Shown: positions 57,302 to 64,000 of the stretch, piece after piece
Position numbering within the stretch: the first letter of the stretch is position 1
How the letters are laid out: every line of letters begins with the position of its first letter
NCBI GenBank assembly: GCA_903822075.1
Contig: CAIJNK010000004.1
Coordinates: forward strand, 12,661 to 76,660
Length of the DNA: 64,000 bases
DNA from: an uncultured bacterium
Lineage (GTDB): Bacteria; Patescibacteriota; Minisyncoccia; Phycocordibacterales; GWA1-40-21
Reading direction: 5' to 3'
Notes under the pieces: model-generated
The model's database searches: none
Told to the model about the DNA's origin: nothing
Seen by the model: the letters and a program-made list of their open reading frames with translations, nothing else
Made by a program: the position numbers and the translations under genes

Positions 57302-57340
57302 ATACTACATCAAAAAACACCGCCAAGCAAAGCTGATGGT
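57302..57340. terminator. bidirectional terminator between leuS (start) and the upstream membrane-protein gene
   Basis: aaaaaacacc-(16 nt loop)-ggtgtttttt. Confidence 0.6.
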
Positions 57341-57367
57341 GTTTTTTGAGGCCGAGGAAAATCCGAC

Positions 57368-58366
57368 CTATTTTTTAATATATTTGCTATTCAAGTGAAA
57401 AGCCAGGTATCCCAATCCCATTATGACTACTCCCATTACAATCAGGGCAAATGGCCAACCGAGAGTATCGGAGAAGTTTTGAGCCGTGACACGAATAATA
57501 TAGGCAATCAAGCAAATTGTACCGACAAAAAGAAAGGAAGAGTTCCTTATGTATACGCTGGAGATTATGGTTCCGGCCAATAATAGCGGGTAAAGAACGG
57601 TCCAAATAACGGAGGCTTCAGGACCAGAAGAATTTGCCGCCATAAAATTTAGAACATACCCAGCGCCGAGAATACCGATGACTCCAAAAGTATTTAGCCA
57701 GCCGGCGAACAGTCGTCCTCTTCGATTAAGATAATAACCCACTAATACGTAGCTGATACCGACCAGTATCGTCTGGTAGAGATGAAAATTTGCGTTAAAA
57801 CTTCCGGGATTGTCATTCAACATGTAATTTGAGAGTCCGAAGAATAACCAGGTTCCAAAAACAGTGTTAAACACCGTAAAAATGTCTTTCTTGACGGCAA
57901 ACTGGGTGATGCCAAATTGTAGCAAACATAACAAAGGTATTATTACATTGTAATAGTCCATCGTCTGATTATTTATTTTATCGTCAAACATAATAAAATA
58001 TCCAAACGGAATAAGAACTCCCGACAGAAGAAAAAAGACGTTGCTAATTTTTTTGAACTGGTCAGACTGGTTCAACAAGATTGCCGATATAAAGAAGATA
58101 ATCCCCATGCCAAAGGTCGTAAATACTTTTACCGCAAAAGTAAAACTGGACCAATTTTGACTTATAAGCACGATCAGACCGATTAAAATTATTACTCCGC
58201 CTATGTAGTAAAATATTTCAGCCAAACTTAACCTACTCGCGACTGATGAACCAGTTGTTTCAGCAATATTTTGCTCGAGGGATAACACCTGCTGTATCTC
58301 ATTTCTAGTAATGTCACCGGTCGATATGGCTTTTTGTAATTCTTCGATTAATTGTTGTTTCTCCAT
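57368..58366 (-). CDS. hypothetical polytopic membrane protein (about 9 TM)
   Basis: Hydrophobic throughout; start moved to MEKQQ to remove the 29 nt overlap with the upstream gene (uncertain). Confidence 0.4.
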   Translation of the reverse strand: MEKQQLIEELQKAISTGDITRNEIQQVLSLEQNIAETTGSSVASRLSLAEIFYYIGGVIILIGLIVLISQNWSSFTFAVKVFTTFGMGIIFFISAILLNQSDQFKKISNVFFLLSGVLIPFGYFIMFDDKINNQTMDYYNVIIPLLCLLQFGITQFAVKKDIFTVFNTVFGTWLFFGLSNYMLNDNPGSFNANFHLYQTILVGISYVLVGYYLNRRGRLFAGWLNTFGVIGILGAGYVLNFMAANSSGPEASVIWTVLYPLLLAGTIISSVYIRNSSFLFVGTICLIAYIIRVTAQNFSDTLGWPFALIVMGVVIMGLGYLAFHLNSKYIKK

Positions 58367-58391
58367 ATGATTATTAGCTAATTGATAAAGC

Positions 58392-58949
58392 TTACTTGAG
58401 CACCCAGCCAATAAAAACAAAATTATAGGAATCTGTTACCGTGGTTCCCAGGTCAATCTTTCTTAGTTCATCCTTATCATTTTTAAAATACCATGTATTG
58501 TAATTATGATTATTTCCACCAAATAATTCAAAAATACCATTATTATAATAGTCTCCCCTTTGAATAGAAATATTGTCTGGCGAAACCGGAGAATTATCTA
58601 TTCCTAGTTTTTGGGCATCAGCTAAAGATATTTGAGTTCTCTCATTTGTAGTTACATTATATCGGTAAATTTTTGGTAAGTCTGAATCAATATTGTAGCA
58701 TGATGAATTTTTTGGTAAATCTGTCGGTAAATCTGATTTTGTCACCGCCAGCACTTTCTGATCTTTGACTTTATAAGTATTGACTTCGATACCGCCGCAA
58801 TATGTACTGTAATTTCTAGAATAGTAGAGAAAATCATATTTGGCGACTAAATTGCTTGGCATATAAGCTAAAATAGCGACAACAATAAGTGCCACGACAG
58901 GTATTGCCAATCCGACCCACAGAACAATATTTGATTTCTTGTTTTCCAT
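58392..58949 (-). CDS. hypothetical protein with N-terminal signal anchor (185 aa)
   Basis: TM VLWVGLAIPVVALIVVAILAY; Asn/Tyr-rich ectodomain. Confidence 0.4.
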   Translation of the reverse strand: MENKKSNIVLWVGLAIPVVALIVVAILAYMPSNLVAKYDFLYYSRNYSTYCGGIEVNTYKVKDQKVLAVTKSDLPTDLPKNSSCYNIDSDLPKIYRYNVTTNERTQISLADAQKLGIDNSPVSPDNISIQRGDYYNNGIFELFGGNNHNYNTWYFKNDKDELRKIDLGTTVTDSYNFVFIGWVLK

Positions 58950-59074
58950 TTTTAAAGGTTAAAACTAATAATTTTATTATTATAGCATAAATCTCTTCAA
59001 ATGGAAGAATGAGAAAAATATAAAAGACCTCGGACACATGGCCGAGGTCTACACAAACAACGCAAACAAAAACG

Positions 59075-59722
59075 TCAGATGATGGCATATTCCAGAAGAA
59101 GTTCGAGCCCCCTGATCATCTGGTCAACGGACATGGTAATCTTCTTCTCCCTTTCGAACAAGGCGTTATCAGGAACGCATTCGGGCGTACAGGGCAGGTG
59201 AAGAAATACAAACGGAACGGCAATCTCCTCAGTCTGCGCCGCGCACAGTTGCCAGAGCAGATGGTTACAAACAAAGCCACCGGCATCATAAGAGGGATCA
59301 GCCACGGCCAATTTTTCTTCCTGGCATTTTTGCCTGAAATTCGTGATGCGCCACTTTCCAATTGAAGTGTTGGCCAATGGCGCATCCGAGGTCATACTGG
59401 TGCTGATACGTGTACCCGCAAGAGCATCCGGCACATATTTTCCACCCACCTTGTTCCTGGCGATCACCACAATCTGCAAACCTTTTGCCTCAGAGGACAT
59501 GCCCAGGCTGACAACTCCGGCTGCGCCAACTTTTTGCGCCAGCATGAACAAGGCTTCTCCCCTGTTTGTTACTTGCGGAATAATCGGGTCAAAGATCATC
59601 GAATGGACATCAACACCGGTAATGCTCTGACTATGCAAACGCTCAATCACCAGTTCGGACGAATTTTTGAGCCAATCACCATACTTGTGAAAGCCGGAAA
59701 AAACTATCGTTTTATTATTCAC
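59075..59722 (-). CDS. pcp: pyrrolidone-carboxylate (pyroglutamyl) peptidase I, peptidase C15
   Basis: Catalytic Cys block DAGGFVCNHLLWQ; 215 aa from a GTG start. Confidence 0.7.
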   Translation of the reverse strand: MNNKTIVFSGFHKYGDWLKNSSELVIERLHSQSITGVDVHSMIFDPIIPQVTNRGEALFMLAQKVGAAGVVSLGMSSEAKGLQIVVIARNKVGGKYVPDALAGTRISTSMTSDAPLANTSIGKWRITNFRQKCQEEKLAVADPSYDAGGFVCNHLLWQLCAAQTEEIAVPFVFLHLPCTPECVPDNALFEREKKITMSVDQMIRGLELLLEYAII

Positions 59723-59825
59723 AGACGTACCCCCCAGTTGTTGTTCAAAGAACTCTACTGAAATAGTAAAGTTATTATTCTAAAATAGCAAGGGTTTTGC
59801 CATAATGCGAAAGGATTCAATTTAC

Positions 59826-59899
59826 ACGTTCGCTAGTCTGAGATGACTAGCTCAGTATGATTGAGTTTAAATCCTCCTGCCTTCGGCACATCAGATCTT
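59826..59899 (-). other. two consecutive stable hairpins at and after the ychF stop codon (terminator-like but no U-tract)
   Basis: 13 bp perfect inverted repeat tgattgagtttaa…ttaaactcaatca enclosing a UUCG-capped sub-hairpin, followed by gctagtc-atctca-gactagc. Confidence 0.35.
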
Positions 59900-60988
59900 A
59901 AACTCAATCACATCGCCGTCTTTGACAACATAGTCCTTGCCTTCAGTTCGGATCAGTCCTTTTTCTCGGGCATTGCCGTATGAACCAGCCTCCAGTAATT
60001 TATTCCAAGGAACTATTTCAGCTCGCACAAACTTTTCTTTGAAATCCATATGGATAGCGGTGCCCGCTTCCGGTGCCGTCCAACCATTTTTAATGGTCCA
60101 AGCTCTGGTCTCGTCCTCCCCAGTCGTAAAATATGTCAGCAACCCCAGGAGATCATAACCGGCTTTGATTAAATCATTGATACCATCGTCCTTTACCCCC
60201 AAACCTTCACGCATCTCTATTTTGTCATTTCCTTCCATATCCTTCAATTCATTTTCAATTCCTGCGTCCACAATGACATATTTGGACTCCGTCTCTTTAA
60301 AAAAATTCAGGAGATTCAAATACCGCTCATCATTCAATTCATCCAAATTTTTCCCGCCACTTTTCTTATTCAAAACATACAGGATCGGCTTCATGGTGAG
60401 TAAACAAAGTTTCCTAGCTTCCACCAATTCGAATTCATCAAGATCTGCAATTTGAGCCAGCTTGCCCATCTCCAGAACATCTTTTATTTTTAATAACGCC
60501 GAATTTTCAATAACAGCGACTTTACTACCTTTTTTCATTTCACTGACCAGACTCTGTAAGCGTTTGGATACACTTTGCATATCAGCCAAAATAAGCTCCA
60601 AGTTAATGGTTTCAATATCGGATAGAGGTTCCACCTTATTGGACACATGAATTACGTTACCATCCTCAAAAATACGCACCACTTCGGCAATAGCATCCGT
60701 TTCGCGGATATTGGTTAAAAATTTATTGCCTAAACCCTCTCCAGCCGAGGCCCCCTTCACCAACCCAGCAATATCCACAAACTCCACGGCCGCCGGAATA
60801 GTTTTGGCTGACTTGGAGAATTCAGACAGTTTGGAGAGACGTTCATCCGGCACGGCCACCACCCCGACCGACGGATCAATGGTACAAAAAGGGTAATTCT
60901 CACATGGCACACTTTTTTTAGTCAGTGCGTTAAACAAGGTGCTCTTCCCCACATTTGGCAGACCAACAATTCCAATGGATAATGACAT
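59891..60988 (-). CDS. ychF: ribosome-binding ATPase YchF (Obg-like GTPase family with TGS domain)
   Basis: G1 GLPNVGKST; C-terminal TGS domain (…AGTAIHMDFKEKFVRAEIV…). Confidence 0.85.
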   Translation of the reverse strand: MSLSIGIVGLPNVGKSTLFNALTKKSVPCENYPFCTIDPSVGVVAVPDERLSKLSEFSKSAKTIPAAVEFVDIAGLVKGASAGEGLGNKFLTNIRETDAIAEVVRIFEDGNVIHVSNKVEPLSDIETINLELILADMQSVSKRLQSLVSEMKKGSKVAVIENSALLKIKDVLEMGKLAQIADLDEFELVEARKLCLLTMKPILYVLNKKSGGKNLDELNDERYLNLLNFFKETESKYVIVDAGIENELKDMEGNDKIEMREGLGVKDDGINDLIKAGYDLLGLLTYFTTGEDETRAWTIKNGWTAPEAGTAIHMDFKEKFVRAEIVPWNKLLEAGSYGNAREKGLIRTEGKDYVVKDGDVIEFKI

Positions 60989-61112
60989 CCAGTAAAGATA
61001 CCTGAAAAATATGCAAAAGTAAAACTTGTCACGGACTAGCTACAATATTTTTTGCAAAAAAAAGCGTAGTGATAGAGAAACCATCTCAATCACTACGCCC
61101 ACAACAAGCCCT

Positions 61113-62546
61113 TCATCTCTTTTTACTAATCCTCGCCTTCAAAACCGGTCGGGTATGAGCCAGCGCGGCGTTCGAGTATGCCGCAAAGGTTTCTCTTTGT
61201 GACAAAAGCTCACCTGGCATTCCGGCTCGTACCAGTTTTAGCCGGAAATTATCGACATCAGTCTCCGTCGTGTCCGGGCGTCCAGGAAAACTTCCTGGAC
61301 AACCGACAAGCAACACGAACTCGAATTGATGCCACCGATCAGTAAACAGGCGGACCAATTCCCTTGCATCGGCCCAGCGATCGTTTACGCCAGCAAAAAC
61401 CGGAAGTGAAATTATTACCTTTTCGCCGGTTTTGTCTGAAACTTGACCGCCAAGCGCAATGAGCTCTTCCGGTGATAGACGCTTTATGCCCGGCATATAC
61501 TTCTTCCGTATCTCTTTGAAGGCATAATTGAGACTGATGGAGAGCCTGACTGGTAAACTGAGATACTTCAGAATGAACTCCTGAAGACCCGACTTGGAAC
61601 CAACCGTGCTCAACATGAACGAAATGCGCGGCGTTTCCTTTCTTATCAGACGCCTTACAAGCTCCATGCAATTATGGAGGTTGAAGACCAGACCATCACC
61701 CGATCCAATAAAGAAGATCGTCAGACTATCAGCACTAGCGTTGTTTCGAAAAAGGTTTTTAAACGCTTGGCTCTGACTCATGGCAATGAATACCAGTGCC
61801 TCCATTTCGTCAGTGGTGAGTACACGGCAAGGCATTACTTGACCAAAACGATTCAATTGGCTATGCACTTTGCACGTTACACAACGAATAGGACAACCAA
61901 CGGCCGTCGGCATCTCCAACACAATTGACTGCCGATTTGTTAGATCGGGTTTGATGGCCATACTTACTTGTCGACCGTCACTCGTCAGGACGAAGATCAT
62001 ATTTTCAACCTCGCCAAACGGACCATCGGAGAATTCTGACATCAAAAGCCTGGCGGAACTTATTCCGCGCATGTTTTGCGCAAACCTCCAACCGTTAAGT
62101 TGAACGTCGGGGGTATCCAGACACAACCTTCGGAGTCTTACACCTTCCGCCACTTTTTTCAGCAGTGTTTTTGTTTGAAGCGAATTAAACTCTGTCGGCT
62201 GCCTTGGATTAGCTCGGCGCAGTATCAACGCTTCCGGCATAAAAGTTGAACCTAAAGCTGTAGCGACTTTCTCTTGGTCACTAGCCAGAAGTAGGATATT
62301 TATATCACCGAGAATCGCTCTCAGCTTTAACATAAAATCAACCCCGGATTGATCACCAATCTGAAAATCTAGAATTGCCAGCCTAAATCTCTGTCCCGAC
62401 ACAATCGACCTAGCTATCTCATAATTTGCTTGGCCAAAGGTTTTCGCGACAGTCACTTCATAAGCCTCGTCTGCCAATGCCATTAATACGGCCATAGCGT
62501 CCGGGGCCACCACCAAGATCCGACCCTTGGACATAATCATAAACAC
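61113..62546 (-). CDS. response-regulator receiver domain fused to an RlmN/Cfr-like radical-SAM domain (both methyl-transfer cysteines absent)
   Basis: N-terminal REC-like about 120 aa (…RILVVAPD…LAILDFQIGD…LLLASD…). CPIRCVTC matches Cx3Cx2C. Blocks collinear with RlmN: VGCPIRCVTC~VGCALECKFC, IGSGDGLVFNLHN~MGMGEPLLNLNN, RISFMLSTVG~RVTLSTSG, VIISLPVFAGVND~VTIEYVMLDHVND. No Cys at the RlmN C118 or C355 equivalents. About 52% GC versus the window average of about 40%. Confidence 0.6.
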   Translation of the reverse strand: MFMIMSKGRILVVAPDAMAVLMALADEAYEVTVAKTFGQANYEIARSIVSGQRFRLAILDFQIGDQSGVDFMLKLRAILGDINILLLASDQEKVATALGSTFMPEALILRRANPRQPTEFNSLQTKTLLKKVAEGVRLRRLCLDTPDVQLNGWRFAQNMRGISSARLLMSEFSDGPFGEVENMIFVLTSDGRQVSMAIKPDLTNRQSIVLEMPTAVGCPIRCVTCKVHSQLNRFGQVMPCRVLTTDEMEALVFIAMSQSQAFKNLFRNNASADSLTIFFIGSGDGLVFNLHNCMELVRRLIRKETPRISFMLSTVGSKSGLQEFILKYLSLPVRLSISLNYAFKEIRKKYMPGIKRLSPEELIALGGQVSDKTGEKVIISLPVFAGVNDRWADARELVRLFTDRWHQFEFVLLVGCPGSFPGRPDTTETDVDNFRLKLVRAGMPGELLSQRETFAAYSNAALAHTRPVLKARISKKR

Positions 62547-62634
62547 CTCCTGTTTGAGGTTTGGAATTTTTCAGAGAACAATACCGCCATCCAACCAGTT
62601 GGCTTTGGGCGTCTTATCTGACTAAACAATACAC

Positions 62635-63870
62635 CTAAAAATAACCATTGTCAAATTTTACGGGGAGATGGACGACGAATAGAGTCCCCACCTTGGGCTT
62701 ACTTGATACACCAATATACCCGCCATGCTCTTCGGCTATATGTTTACAAATGGCCAGTCCCAAGCCGGAACCACCCTCTTTACGATTCCGAGATTTATCA
62801 GCTCGATAAAAGCGTTCAAAAATATGTGGCAAATCAAGCTCCGAGATACCAAAACCCCCATCCTCCACGTTCAGACAAAAAGCGTCTTCAGCCTTGGCTA
62901 CCCAGACTTTTATCCAACCATTTTCTTTGTTGTATTTAATGGCATTCCGAACAAGATTGGTGAGTAGTTTTTCCAAATCTTCAATGTTACCCATTATTTT
63001 CGCCGGCTTCCCCGCATACTTATGCTCGATTGTTATATTCTTCTCGGCCGCCACAACTCTTAATTTTTCACAAACATTGGCAATCAAGGAATTTAAGTCA
63101 ATTTTTTCAAAACGTAATCTGGCTGTAATATTTGAATGAGGCTTGGCCAAAAGAGCTAAGTCTGTCAGCATACCAGAAACTCTTTTAATTTCAGTCGATA
63201 TGTTTCTGAACAAATCCAAGTTATCATCTTTTAATTCTTCTGATTTAGCTATAAGCTCGAGACTGCACTGCATAATAGTAAGAGCCGTTCGAAATTCATG
63301 AGAAACATCAGCCATAAATATCGACTTCAATTCAAGGGTTTTGTTCAGTTCTTTGTTCACGTTGTGAAGTTCCTCGGTCCTTTGTTCCACCCTTTCCTCA
63401 AGGATCTTATTCAATTCAACTAGTTTATTCTTGGAAATTACGGCGTCCGTATTATCCAAAGCCATGGATATCGCCCCTTCGATGTGCCCATCCTTGTCTT
63501 TATATGGAACGGCGATAATCTTGAAATATCGGTCTTCGCCGACACCCTGGCTATCTTTTTCGTAAAAATGCTCGCGCCGAACTATCTTTTTCTCTCCGGA
63601 CAACATTTTTTTGTAGTCATCAGCCAAATTGTCTTCGAAAAAAAACTTGTCTTTATAAATATTATGGTTGTGGTAGTCTTTAATTCGAGAATTATTTTCA
63701 AAATACTTATTTACTGAGGTAATATAACCGCCGTCATTTATAGTAATAAGACTGATTGGAATATTATCCAAAACAATCTGATTGAACTTATCAGACAGAC
63801 GACGTCCCCTGCCGGGAATACGGCGATCACCAATTGATTGTTCTATTTTTTTACTGTTGTTTTTTCTCAC
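62635..63870 (-). CDS. cytoplasmic PAS-domain sensor histidine kinase
   Basis: PAS-like N-terminal region, HisKA (MADVSHEFRTALTIM), HATPase_c (…NAIKYN…, DGGFGI, GSGLGLAICK); adjacent to the REC-radical-SAM gene. Confidence 0.75.
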   Translation of the reverse strand: MRKNNSKKIEQSIGDRRIPGRGRRLSDKFNQIVLDNIPISLITINDGGYITSVNKYFENNSRIKDYHNHNIYKDKFFFEDNLADDYKKMLSGEKKIVRREHFYEKDSQGVGEDRYFKIIAVPYKDKDGHIEGAISMALDNTDAVISKNKLVELNKILEERVEQRTEELHNVNKELNKTLELKSIFMADVSHEFRTALTIMQCSLELIAKSEELKDDNLDLFRNISTEIKRVSGMLTDLALLAKPHSNITARLRFEKIDLNSLIANVCEKLRVVAAEKNITIEHKYAGKPAKIMGNIEDLEKLLTNLVRNAIKYNKENGWIKVWVAKAEDAFCLNVEDGGFGISELDLPHIFERFYRADKSRNRKEGGSGLGLAICKHIAEEHGGYIGVSSKPKVGTLFVVHLPVKFDNGYF

Positions 63871-64000
63871 TTTTGGATTCTAACATAATTAGTGGGTTTT
63901 GGAAAGTATAAGATGGACATATTTAATCATAAATTTATCCTCAGCTATTTATAATTGTCCCCATGAATGTAACCAAATTAATTATTGAGGATTTTAGAAA

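Overview
This 64 kb window is AT-rich, with roughly 80 protein genes, about 90% of them on the minus strand. Gene content (short AlaRS lacking the C-Ala domain, pilin-like surface genes, a lone hisD, many small hypothetical membrane proteins, mixed SD-led and apparently leaderless starts) suggests a small-genome bacterium such as Patescibacteria/CPR, but I cannot confirm this from sequence alone.

Housekeeping content:
- A partial cell-wall cluster: murG, ftsW, mraY and a D,D-carboxypeptidase.
- scpA and scpB, separated by three plus-strand pilin-like genes.
- Six aminoacyl-tRNA synthetases: aspS (with a T-box leader), trpS, hisS followed by tRNA-His, alaS, leuS.
- A grpE-dnaK-dnaJ-like chaperone region.
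- An infA-rpmJ-rpsM-rpsK-rpsD-rpoA-rplQ-rplM-rpsI ribosomal operon. rpmJ was missed by the ORF track.
- mnmA, mltG, ychF and pcp.

Most unusual items:
- The 1128 aa LeuRS carries two complete NUDIX-hydrolase domains inserted on either side of the editing domain.
- A GC-rich segment holds a PAS histidine kinase next to a receiver domain fused to an RlmN/Cfr-like radical-SAM domain that lacks both methyl-transfer cysteines.
- A two-gene operon pairs an ATP-cone plus Mrr-like endonuclease with a Cas4-family Fe-S nuclease. This is a candidate nucleotide-sensing defense module.
- Three paralogous type IV pilin-like genes sit between scpA and scpB. They share a 159 bp near-identical block and duplicated terminators.
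- A self-contained 97 aa gene with a strong promoter, SD and terminator sits between grpE and dnaK.
- The motif ATGTTATAAT lies 6-7 nt upstream of three start codons, implying leaderless transcripts.

All functional calls rest on motif recognition by eye; no database searches were run.
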